From contig JBCCZS010000001.1 in NCBI GenBank assembly GCA_039187035.1, positions 2,284 through 66,283 of the forward strand: 64,000 bases of DNA, read 5' to 3'. The first letter of the stretch is position 1; each line of letters starts with the position of its first letter. Of the stretch, positions 17,191 through 25,963 are shown one piece after another. The notes under the pieces were generated by a model, which was given only the letters and a program-made list of their open reading frames with translations, was not told where the DNA came from and searched no databases. The stretch comes from Pseudomonadota bacterium. Its GTDB lineage: Bacteria; Pseudomonadota; Alphaproteobacteria; Caulobacterales; Parvularculaceae. Position numbers and translations under genes: made by a program.

Positions 17191-19668
17191 CGCGCTCCGG
17201 CAGATTTCTTGAACTTCTGCGGGCGTCGGCGCGTCCCCGACCGCAATATGGTTTGGTCGATAAGCTTCATAACCCTGGAATTCTTCGGTTTTGCGCGTTC
17301 GCGCGCAGACCCCGCCGCAGGCTTTGTGCGTCGTCGCTTCGATGACCTCCATCTCGCCGGGGCCCCGCCAGAACAGAAACATGACCACGTGGTTGCCGGC
17401 TTTATTCAAGACGTCGCCGGGTTGGAGTTCGTCAAAGCTGATTTGCGTCGATGCGCTCGGAATGCTCCGCGTCGTGTATCGGGCGGCGCCGCCCCACGCG
17501 CGGGACACGAAACCCGAACAGTCGACGCCGGCGGCGTAGATGGAATTCACCGCCGATTTGGCATCGTAAATAATGATCTTTGTACAAACGTCGCCCGCGG
17601 GGCGCCCGGCGGCGATCTTTTCAACGAATTGCCATGGCCAGTCGCTGCCGGCCCAAACGTACGGCGCGCTCGAGACTTCCTCGCCGACGCGGCCGGAAAG
17701 CCGGCTCGGCCGGCTCCAAAACGCAAGATTATGATTGCCGCGCGACGCGCAGGCGGACGTCACCGTCGACTGTTCGCCGTAATGGAACGCCGTCTCCGGT
17801 TCGTAATTCGCGGGCTTCAACTCGTATTTGAGGTTGAGGTAGGTGCAGGCGTTTCGGACGACGGATCGCCGGTCGATCGCTTCGCCGGCCGAAACGCGGA
17901 CGAAGGCTTGTTTGAGCGCCGCCGCATAGGTTTCGGCTTCGCCGATTTCAGGGCCGGTCTCAGGGCCGGTCTCAGGGCCGGTCTCAGGGCCGGTCTCAGG
18001 TTCGGCTGAAGTTTCGACTGCCGGCCCGCTCTCGGCTTCAGCGGCGTCGTCGGGAAGGTCAAGGGCGGGGGACGCGGGGGTGGCGATCTCGTCGCTTGCC
18101 GGGTCGTCAATCGAGGCCGCCGCCGCCCGCCCGTCGGCGATGTCGTTCGACCCCGAAGCGATTTGGGCGTTATCGTCCGTAGACGCCGGGTCGCCGCCGG
18201 CGCTGGTATCGTCTTCGTTCGACGCGGCCGGCGGCGCTTCCTCGTCCGGCCCGGCCGGCAACGCCTCCTCTTCCGGCGGCCGCGCTTCCTCCGCCGGTGC
18301 GGGCGGCGTTTCGTCCTCGGCGGCCGCGCCCTCGGTCGCTTCGTCCGTCGGCGTGCTTGCGGGCGCGTCGTCGGCAGGTTCGCTTGCCGGCGCGGGCTGC
18401 TCGCCGCCGGCCTCGGTCTCGTCGTCGTCTCGTTGCGGCAGCGGCGGCCTCTCGGGCAGCGTCTCGATAAAATCCGGGTACGCCGCAGCGGCCAGATCCG
18501 CCGGTTTTTGTTCGTCGCGCAGTTGTTCGGTCAGAAAGACGCCGACGGTGTCGCGGGCCGTTCTTACGCGCCACTGCCATTGACCTTTCGGCCGCAATTT
18601 GACGAGCGACACGTCGTTCCGGCGCACAAAAATAGAAACGACGTCGCCGTTCGGCATAACGGTCGTGCTCTGGCGCGGCGTGCATACGCTGGACCGCGGG
18701 ACGTAAAAGAGTTCCACCTCGTCGACGGCGTTCGCCGGCGCTTTGATGATCGTTTCGTCGGAACGGAACGCTTTCGCCCGCCGAAGTTCTTCCGTCATCG
18801 ACAGAAATATGTCGCCGGATTCAATGACCGCAGCGAGGCGAACGACGGCGATGGGGCGGCGCGCATGAACGACGGCTTCGGCGACGTCTCCGGAGGGAAG
18901 GGGGCGCGTCAACTCAAGGAAGCGACCGTCCTTGATCGCGTAATCGACGCGCGCGACGCCGCCGTCCGGGGTCGACGCGGAAACGGAGCCTGTCGGCGGC
19001 TGCGTACCGCCGATCTCGGCGTCGGCCATCGCGTCCCCGGCGGCCGTTAGCGGCGCATAGCCGCGGCTTTCGAGTGACGCGACGACGGCGTCCGGCAGGT
19101 CGTCGGCGTTTTCATAGTATGCGCCTTGTGCGCTCGTCTCGCCGCCGAACGAGACGCGTCTGAGGCGGTCGCCGCGTCCCGTCAGACTGCGCTCGGCGAT
19201 TAAGAGATCGCCGTCGTGCGCGACGGCCGCAATGACGTCGAAGCCTTCCGACCGCTGCAACGGGGAGACGGACGTCACCCTGTCTTCAGTGGGCGAATAA
19301 ATCAGCAGGCGGTCGGCGCTCGTGTCGATGATTGCGATCCGGTCCGCGTCAAGCGCCTCTATTCCGAACGGACAATTAAACCCGATCTCGTCGGCGTCGC
19401 CGGCGATATCAAAAGCGGCGACGCCGTCCTCGCCCGCGCCGAACCCGAAAAAGCCGCCCGTTCGCGTATCGTCGTCCGTCTCGCCCGCCGTCGACGGCGC
19501 CTGCCCGTCGCCTGCATTGGCGGCGTCCGCATCGCCGCTCGCTTCTTGGCTCGCGATCGACGTTTCGATCTGCGTTAGAACCCTGTGCTCGGATACGACC
19601 GAACAATAGCTCAAACTGAACGCCGCCGCGCCGATAACCAAAAGGACCAGAAGAAACCGCATTTCCAT
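17170..19668 (-). CDS. Large secreted modular protein with C-terminal NlpC/P60-like (Cys-His) domain
   Basis: N-terminal hydrophobic signal or anchor, a globular region of about 400 aa, an acidic Pro/Glu/Ala/Asp linker of about 180 aa that includes the ETGP repeats, and a C-terminal GVDCSGFVSRAWG...PGDVLNKAGNHVVMF. Confidence 0.8.
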   Translation of the reverse strand: MEMRFLLVLLVIGAAAFSLSYCSVVSEHRVLTQIETSIASQEASGDADAANAGDGQAPSTAGETDDDTRTGGFFGFGAGEDGVAAFDIAGDADEIGFNCPFGIEALDADRIAIIDTSADRLLIYSPTEDRVTSVSPLQRSEGFDVIAAVAHDGDLLIAERSLTGRGDRLRRVSFGGETSAQGAYYENADDLPDAVVASLESRGYAPLTAAGDAMADAEIGGTQPPTGSVSASTPDGGVARVDYAIKDGRFLELTRPLPSGDVAEAVVHARRPIAVVRLAAVIESGDIFLSMTEELRRAKAFRSDETIIKAPANAVDEVELFYVPRSSVCTPRQSTTVMPNGDVVSIFVRRNDVSLVKLRPKGQWQWRVRTARDTVGVFLTEQLRDEQKPADLAAAAYPDFIETLPERPPLPQRDDDETEAGGEQPAPASEPADDAPASTPTDEATEGAAAEDETPPAPAEEARPPEEEALPAGPDEEAPPAASNEDDTSAGGDPASTDDNAQIASGSNDIADGRAAAASIDDPASDEIATPASPALDLPDDAAEAESGPAVETSAEPETGPETGPETGPETGPEIGEAETYAAALKQAFVRVSAGEAIDRRSVVRNACTYLNLKYELKPANYEPETAFHYGEQSTVTSACASRGNHNLAFWSRPSRLSGRVGEEVSSAPYVWAGSDWPWQFVEKIAAGRPAGDVCTKIIIYDAKSAVNSIYAAGVDCSGFVSRAWGGAARYTTRSIPSASTQISFDELQPGDVLNKAGNHVVMFLFWRGPGEMEVIEATTHKACGGVCARTRKTEEFQGYEAYRPNHIAVGDAPTPAEVQEICRSAAVVIPE
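17948..18000. repeat. 12-bp tandem repeat TCAGGGCCGGTC x4 plus a partial copy
   Basis: Read directly. It encodes (ETGP)n on the minus strand, inside the 832-aa CDS. Confidence 0.95.
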
Positions 19669-19962
19669 ACCCCAGACGGACGAGCGTCCGCCTCACGATC
19701 GGATCGGTCAGGCGGTGGCCGCGACAATTTCGTTTAAGAGACTACCAGCTTAGGTGCAAAGCGGAAGGCCGGGCCCCAATTGCGGTGCGCCGGCGCCGAC
19801 GCGTTTTGTGTCAAAAGCCCTTTGCACAGTCCGCGTCCGCTCCGGCTAGCCGCAACGGCGGCGCCCCGATCGCGCGCGCGTACAACGCTCGGTTATTGAT
19901 TTTCCTCCGTATTCGGCGGACCCTCCGGTCAAGCGCGAGAAAGCGCGATGGAGGAACCAGCC

Positions 19963-21228
19963 ATGCCCGACGCCCGCATCGACCGCCTTCGTTCGCTCTG
20001 CACCGACCAGGGCGTCGACGCCTTGGTTTTGACCGATCCCCATAATGTCCGATACGCGACGGGCTACCACTCCGTTCTTGAGCGGTGGACGCTGCGCGAA
20101 CCGTTGAGCGCGGCCATCGTGCCCGCCGACGCGGCCGCGCCGGTGCAACTCGTCATTCCCGAAGCGAACGTCGCCATTCTCGCCGTCCTCGCCGACCAGG
20201 GCGCGCCGACGCGCGAAGACGAGATCCGCACGTTCGACATGCTGAACTTTTGCGACGTCGCCCGTGCGGCCGACCCGCACGCTGCGGCCAGCGCCATCGG
20301 CGAGGCCGCGGCCGCGCTTTTCGCGGAGAAAGTGCGCGGCGCCTGCCGTGCCGACATCGTCGCCGCGGTCGCGGCCGCGTTGGCCGACCACGGTTTGGCC
20401 GGCGCGCGCCTCGGGGTCGACGACTTGCGCATGGGCGCGAAAGTCGCCGACGCGGCGTCCGGTCCGGCGATCGTCGACGCCTACGATCCGTTGATCGTCG
20501 CACGCATGGTCAAAACGCCGGACGAGCACGCGGCGTTCCGACGCGTCGGCGCGCAGGGCGACGCGGCCGTCGCGTTCGCCGCCGAACAACTCGAACCCGG
20601 CGTAACGTGGGACGAGGTGCAATACCGCATCGCTGATTTTATGGTGCGGCGCGACATCATTCCCGTGGACGAGGGGGCGGTTCTGTTCGGCGGCGCCTTC
20701 CGCGGCGCTTTCATGCCGGAATTATTCCGTACACGGTGCGATCGACCGCTCGCCGACGGTGACATCGTCATCCTGGAGACGCAAGGCGTCAGCGAGGGCT
20801 TCTGGATCGACATCAACCGCACGGCGACCCTCGGCGCGCCGAGCGCGCCCTACCAACGTCTCCACGACATGATCCGCGACACGTTTTTGACGCTCGTCGA
20901 CGCCATGAAGCCCGGCGCGCACACCGGGGACCTCTCGCGCCAAGGCTACGAGATCTTGAAGTCGAAAGGCGTTTCGGCGCCGGAGAAGTTCCTCGTCGTC
21001 GCCCACGGGGTCGGTCATATGCCGTTGGAAATTCCGGTTCCGTTTCCCGCCTACGGACGCGCCGGCGCCGACGGCTTCGTCATCGAAAAGGACATGGTCG
21101 TCAGCCTCGACTGTCTGCATTTCGGGTCGGAGTTCGGGCCTTGCCATATGGAAAACGTGTTCATCATTTCTGACCACGGCGCGGAGTCGACATACAAAAC
21201 GCCGTTGGACCTTCTCGGCCCGCGCTAA
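19963..21228 (+). CDS. M24 family peptidase / creatinase-like protein
   Basis: Creatinase-like N-terminus (RIDRLRSLCTDQGVDALVLTD) and a pita-bread C-terminal domain (HGVGHMPLE). GGAGGA lies 7 nt before the ATG at 19963. An alternative ATG is at 19948. Confidence 0.85.
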   Translation: MPDARIDRLRSLCTDQGVDALVLTDPHNVRYATGYHSVLERWTLREPLSAAIVPADAAAPVQLVIPEANVAILAVLADQGAPTREDEIRTFDMLNFCDVARAADPHAAASAIGEAAAALFAEKVRGACRADIVAAVAAALADHGLAGARLGVDDLRMGAKVADAASGPAIVDAYDPLIVARMVKTPDEHAAFRRVGAQGDAAVAFAAEQLEPGVTWDEVQYRIADFMVRRDIIPVDEGAVLFGGAFRGAFMPELFRTRCDRPLADGDIVILETQGVSEGFWIDINRTATLGAPSAPYQRLHDMIRDTFLTLVDAMKPGAHTGDLSRQGYEILKSKGVSAPEKFLVVAHGVGHMPLEIPVPFPAYGRAGADGFVIEKDMVVSLDCLHFGSEFGPCHMENVFIISDHGAESTYKTPLDLLGPR

Positions 21229-21230
21229 CG

Positions 21231-21260
21231 CGGCGCAGCATTTTTGCTGCGGCGCCGTTT
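21231..21260 (+). terminator. Hairpin / possible intrinsic terminator
   Basis: GCAGCA-TTTT-TGCTGC core with flanking G:C pairs, followed by GTTT, immediately after the M24 stop codon. Confidence 0.45.
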
Positions 21261-21382
21261 AAGCTTGCAAGCCTTCGCAGATGTGACGGTTTGTGGTCGA
21301 CTCAGTCGACCGTCAGCACCCGTACGGTGTCTCCGAGAAGTGGTATAAATGGTTGAATTTATTTGATGTTTTGCGTCTGCGC

Positions 21383-21416
21383 GAAAAACAAAAAGACATG
21401 ATTGTTTTTTTCTGGC
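21383..21416 (+). promoter_or_regulatory. AT-rich motif copy A (AAAAAGACATGATTGTTTTTTTCTGGC)
   Basis: It shares A-run+AGAC+NN+GATTGTTTTTT+WYTGGC with 31908-31943. It lies about 190 nt upstream of the receptor ATG, within a locally AT-rich stretch. Confidence 0.4.
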
Positions 21417-21599
21417 CACCGCTCCCGCGTTAGTGTTAACGTTCTAAAGTGCGTCGCTAACGCGAAGTGATCCGTGTACGCCTTCGGGCGTGTCCTGACG
21501 GTTCGTTCGGTTGCAGGCGTGCGACGAACAAGGCGCCGAAAAGGCGTTTCACGGCCGCGTCGAGGGGGCTCGGCGGGCCGTTCCTGGGAGGGAATTGTC

Positions 21600-23879
21600 A
21601 TGATGAAATCGGCCCCGTTCACTAAGCGTGCGCTTTTGTTGCAGTCGTCGCTCGCCGGCTTCGGCCTCGCTGCGGCGGCGCCCGCGCCTGCGGTCGCGCA
21701 GGATGACGCCGGCGCGCGCCGGCTGGACGAAATCGTCGTCACGTCGCGGCGTAAAGAAGAGAGTTTGCAGGACGCGCCGGTGTCGGTCACGGCGATCGAG
21801 GCGGAAGCGCTCGATCAGTTCTTCGCCGACGACTTGACGGATTTGAACGGCATCGCGCCGAACGTCGTCGTCACCAACGTGACGGGTTTCAACGCGGCCG
21901 CGATCTCGTTTCGCGGCACCTCGACCGGCGACATCATCCTGACGTTCGACCCGGCGGTCGGCGTCGTCATCGACGACTTCCCGATCGCGCACGTGCAAAC
22001 CCAATTGCTCGACTTGTTCGACATCGAGCGCATCGAGTTTTTGCGCGGTCCGCAAGGCACGACCTTCGGCAAGAACACCGTCGGCGGCGTCATCAACGTC
22101 GCGACGAAGCTGCCCGACATGGACCGGTACGGCGCCGAAGCGCGGTTCCTCTACGGCAATTTCGACACCCAAGAAGTTCGCGCGGCCGTCAACATGCCGC
22201 TGATCGAGGACACGCTCGCCATGCGCACGGCGATCCTTTATCAGCGTAACGACGGCTTCTACCGCAACGCCAAAGGCGACGGACGGCGCTTCGCCGGCGA
22301 CGACGTTTTTTCGTTGCGGTCCAAACTCCTATGGACGCCGACGTCGCGCACGGACGTTCTTTTCACGTTCGAATATTTGCGCGATCGGGGCGGCACGCCG
22401 GGCAACGTCAACGAAACGCCGGAAGACTTTGCATTCTCGCAATTCGGCTTTCCCGGCATCCAGACGACCGGCGCGGACCCGTTCGACACCGGGGTCACGC
22501 TTTGCGAAGGCGACCGGTTCGATCCGGATTGCATCGGAACGATCAACGGCCACCAAGTCGACGTATATGGCGGGTATTTGCGCCTCAACCATCAATTCGA
22601 CATCGGCACGCTCACGGTGATCGGCGGGCATCGCTATCAACAATCGGTCCTGCCGAGCGATTTCTCCGGCGAGGTCGCGCGGCTCTTTGAGTCGACCCGG
22701 GACGACATTCGTCGCCAATATATGATCGAATCCCGGTTCGCCTCGACGCTTGAAGGGCCGCTCAACTTTATCGTCGGCGGTCAATATTGGTCGAACGACC
22801 TTGACTACGTCTCGTCGAGCTTCCTGAGTTTCTTGACGTTTCTGGGCGATCCGACGGCGACGTCGGACCCGAACCTCGGCGGCGCGCGCCACAATGTCGA
22901 CAGTTTCGCCTTCTTCGGCGAGGCGGAGTACGAAATCGCTCCCGCTTTCGACATCATCTTCGGCATGCGGTACACGAACGAATCGAAGGACTTCGAGCGC
23001 CAGCCTCAGGTCCGCCGGTCGCTTGTCGAATTGGGCCAGCAGCCGACCTTTGAGGAAAGCGCGAACTTCGACGCAATCACGCTACGCGCCGGCTGGCGTT
23101 ATCAGATTACGGACGACGTCTCGTCCTACTTCACGTTCAGCCAAGGCTTTAAGAGCGGCGGCTTCAACAGCCAGGCGATGACCGCGTTTTCCGCACAGCC
23201 GTTCAACGAGGAAACCGCCGATTCGTTCGAACTCGGCCTCAAGTCGGAGTTGTTCGACAATCGGTTGCGGTTCAACGCGTCGGGCTTTTACGTGAAGTAT
23301 GACGATTTGCAGCGCGAGTCGGTTCTTCCTTTTATCGATCCGTTGACCAACCTGCCGGGGCAAGAGACCGTCACCTCCAACGCGGGCGGCGCGCGCGTCT
23401 ACGGTCTTGAGTTCGAGGCGTTGGCCGTGCCGACTCAGAACCTGACGCTGCAAGGCTCGCTCGGTTGGCAAGATGCTGAGTATACGGAATTTCAGACCGA
23501 CATTGACGGCGACGGCATAAACGACGACGCGTCGTTCTTGGAATTGACGCGCGTGCCGACCTGGACGGTGTTCGGCTCCGCGACGTATGAAGCACCGATC
23601 AACTACGGGCGAATTTCCGCGAACCTCAACGTCAGCTATCAGTCCGAGTTCGAATTTTCGGTGCTGAACGCCGATTTCACGCAAGGCGAGGCGCGAACTC
23701 TGTTCAACACGAGCCTCACTTGGTTTGCGCCCGATGATGCGTTCCAGATTTCCGGTTTCGCACGAAACCTGTTCGACGAGCGCTACCGGGTGTCCGGAAA
23801 CTCCGTGGCCGGCTTGTGGAACTTCACCAACTACGGCGCGCCGCGCACCTACTGCGTCGAAGTCGGCGCTAATTTCTAG
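21600..23879 (+). CDS. TonB-dependent receptor
   Basis: Signal MMKSAPFTKRALLLQSSLAGFGLAAAAPAPAVAQ, plug motifs (IERIEFLRGPQGTTFGKNTVGGVINV), and a terminal VEVGANF. Confidence 0.9.
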   Translation: MMKSAPFTKRALLLQSSLAGFGLAAAAPAPAVAQDDAGARRLDEIVVTSRRKEESLQDAPVSVTAIEAEALDQFFADDLTDLNGIAPNVVVTNVTGFNAAAISFRGTSTGDIILTFDPAVGVVIDDFPIAHVQTQLLDLFDIERIEFLRGPQGTTFGKNTVGGVINVATKLPDMDRYGAEARFLYGNFDTQEVRAAVNMPLIEDTLAMRTAILYQRNDGFYRNAKGDGRRFAGDDVFSLRSKLLWTPTSRTDVLFTFEYLRDRGGTPGNVNETPEDFAFSQFGFPGIQTTGADPFDTGVTLCEGDRFDPDCIGTINGHQVDVYGGYLRLNHQFDIGTLTVIGGHRYQQSVLPSDFSGEVARLFESTRDDIRRQYMIESRFASTLEGPLNFIVGGQYWSNDLDYVSSSFLSFLTFLGDPTATSDPNLGGARHNVDSFAFFGEAEYEIAPAFDIIFGMRYTNESKDFERQPQVRRSLVELGQQPTFEESANFDAITLRAGWRYQITDDVSSYFTFSQGFKSGGFNSQAMTAFSAQPFNEETADSFELGLKSELFDNRLRFNASGFYVKYDDLQRESVLPFIDPLTNLPGQETVTSNAGGARVYGLEFEALAVPTQNLTLQGSLGWQDAEYTEFQTDIDGDGINDDASFLELTRVPTWTVFGSATYEAPINYGRISANLNVSYQSEFEFSVLNADFTQGEARTLFNTSLTWFAPDDAFQISGFARNLFDERYRVSGNSVAGLWNFTNYGAPRTYCVEVGANF

Positions 23880-23960
23880 CGCCCCTCAGCGGACGGCGGC
23901 GTCGCGCGCCGCCGCCCGCAACGCCGGCGGCGATCCTGCATCCAACGCGCAGCGTCAAGA

Positions 23961-25910
23961 ATGATCACACCCTTCGGCACAAGGATCGCCCATCGCGTCG
24001 CGGCGCTATGCGCCGGCTTACTGGCCGCGGTCTTGTCGCCGGCCGGGGTCGGTGCGGAAAAGGCGCGCGTCGGTTCCTGGTCGCAGTATGGCGGCGACGA
24101 CGCGGGCACGCGATACGCGCCGCACGACCAAATCAATCCGCAGACGATTAAGAAGCTCCGGCGGGTTTGGACGTACCGGACGGGCGAGCTGGAGCGCCGT
24201 TCGGCGGCGATGAACGTCAACAGCTCCAACGAAAACACGCCAATCGTCGCAGCCGGCTCCCTGATCGTCTGTACGCCGTTCAACCGCGTCGTCGCGCTTG
24301 ATCCGGCGACGGGCGAAGAACGCTGGACCTTCGACCCGCAGGTGCGCGACGACTTTCCGTTGCCCAATCAATATGTGTGTCGCGGCGTGGCGCAGTGGCG
24401 CGACGCCTCGGCCGACGACGGCGCCGCCTGCGCGCATCGCCTGTTCGTCGCCGCGAACGATTTGCGCGTCATCGCAATCGACGCGCATACGGGAGAACGT
24501 TGCGCCGGTTTCGGCGAAAACGGCGAGGTCCGCGTTCAAACGGTTCGGGCGCAACGAACGCCCGGCGAAATCAAATTCAACTCCGCGCCGGCGGTGGTGA
24601 ACGACGTCGTCGTCGTCGGCTCGTCAATTCTTGACAATGTGCGCACCGACGCGCCGCTCGGCACCGTACGCGCCTTTGACGCACGGACGGGCGCGCCCGC
24701 ATGGACGTTCGACGCGGTGACGCCGACTGCAGACGTCGGTGCGGCGAACGTCTGGACGGCGATGGCGACGGACGACGCGCGCGATCTCGTCTTCCTGCCG
24801 ACGTCGAGCGCGTCGCCCGACTTCTACGGCGGCGAACGCGGCGGCGACAACGAACTCGCCAACGCGATCGTCGCTGTGCGCGGCGCGACCGGCGAGCGGG
24901 TTTGGTCGCAACAACTCGTCCGACACGACGTTTGGGACTACGATTTGCCGTCTCAACCGACGCTCGTCGATTTGCGGCGCGACGGCGGCGTCGTGCCCGC
25001 GGTCGTCCAAACGACGAAGCAGGGCTTCGTTTTCATCTTTCATCGAGAGACCGGCGCGCCGATTTTTCCGCTAACGGAGGTGCCGGTTCCCGCATCGGCG
25101 GCGCTGGGCGAAGCCTTGCCGCGATCCCAACCGGCGCCGAGCCTGCCCGCGCCGCTCGTGCCGCAACGGCTGACGCCGGACATGGCGTTCGGCTTCACGC
25201 CGATCGATAAATCAGCCTGTCGACAAAAGATCGCCGATGCGCGGTCGGAAGGGCTCTTCACGCCGCCGAGCGTTGAGGGAACGATTTTCTATCCGTCGAC
25301 GGCGGGCGGCGCCAATTGGGGCGGGTCCGCGTTTGACCCGGCGCGGCGGCTTCTCTTCGTCAACACCTCGCGCGTTGCGCAACTCATCACGCTCGAACCC
25401 AAGAGCGCAGAGGACGGCGAGGCGGCGAGCGTCGTTTTGTCGGCCAAGGAAGACGTCTCCCCGCAAGACGGCGCGCCCTATCGCGTGCGCCGCGAATGGC
25501 TGTTGTCGCCGCTCGGCGCACCGTGCTCGCCGCCGCCTTGGGGCGGCCTGACGGCGATTAATCCGGATACGGGAGAAACCGTTTGGGACGCGCCGCTCGG
25601 CGACATTCGCGACCGCTTGCCGGTCCCCTTGCCGATGAAAACCAATCTCGGCACGCCCAATATCGGCGGCCCGGTCGCCACCGCAGGGGGCCTCGTCTTC
25701 ATCGCTGCGGCCCAGGACAACTACTTACGCGCTTACCGGTCGGACACCGGCGAGGAAGTCTGGCGCGACAAACTCCCCGCGGGCGGCCAGACGACGCCCA
25801 TGTCCTATGAAGTCGACGGCAAGCAATATGTCGTCATCACGTCGGGACAACATCTTTGGTTCCAAACCCCGCCGGGCGACTACGTCGTCGCCTATGCGCT
25901 GGAGGACTAG
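23961..25910 (+). CDS. PQQ-dependent dehydrogenase (glucose/quinate/shikimate-type propeller, soluble form)
   Basis: Signal peptide, then WSQYGGDDAGTRYAPHDQINPQTIKKLRRVWTYRTGE and repeated W-containing propeller motifs. There is no N-terminal multi-TM anchor. Confidence 0.85.
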   Translation: MITPFGTRIAHRVAALCAGLLAAVLSPAGVGAEKARVGSWSQYGGDDAGTRYAPHDQINPQTIKKLRRVWTYRTGELERRSAAMNVNSSNENTPIVAAGSLIVCTPFNRVVALDPATGEERWTFDPQVRDDFPLPNQYVCRGVAQWRDASADDGAACAHRLFVAANDLRVIAIDAHTGERCAGFGENGEVRVQTVRAQRTPGEIKFNSAPAVVNDVVVVGSSILDNVRTDAPLGTVRAFDARTGAPAWTFDAVTPTADVGAANVWTAMATDDARDLVFLPTSSASPDFYGGERGGDNELANAIVAVRGATGERVWSQQLVRHDVWDYDLPSQPTLVDLRRDGGVVPAVVQTTKQGFVFIFHRETGAPIFPLTEVPVPASAALGEALPRSQPAPSLPAPLVPQRLTPDMAFGFTPIDKSACRQKIADARSEGLFTPPSVEGTIFYPSTAGGANWGGSAFDPARRLLFVNTSRVAQLITLEPKSAEDGEAASVVLSAKEDVSPQDGAPYRVRREWLLSPLGAPCSPPPWGGLTAINPDTGETVWDAPLGDIRDRLPVPLPMKTNLGTPNIGGPVATAGGLVFIAAAQDNYLRAYRSDTGEEVWRDKLPAGGQTTPMSYEVDGKQYVVITSGQHLWFQTPPGDYVVAYALED

Positions 25911-25963
25911 AGCGTCGGAGCCTTATTCCGACAAAGCCGGTCCGCCGTTGCGACCCGGACCCT

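Noticed and set aside
17948-18000. Possible CRISPR array (also considered for the 15-bp repeats at 41871-41915).
   Set aside because: The repeats are contiguous with no spacers, the units are only 12-15 bp, and no cas genes are present.
21411-21430. Sigma-54 promoter suggested by the TGGC that follows both copies of the AT-rich motif.
   Set aside because: The GG-N10-GC spacing of the TGGCAC-N5-TTGC consensus is not met at either 21412 or 31938.
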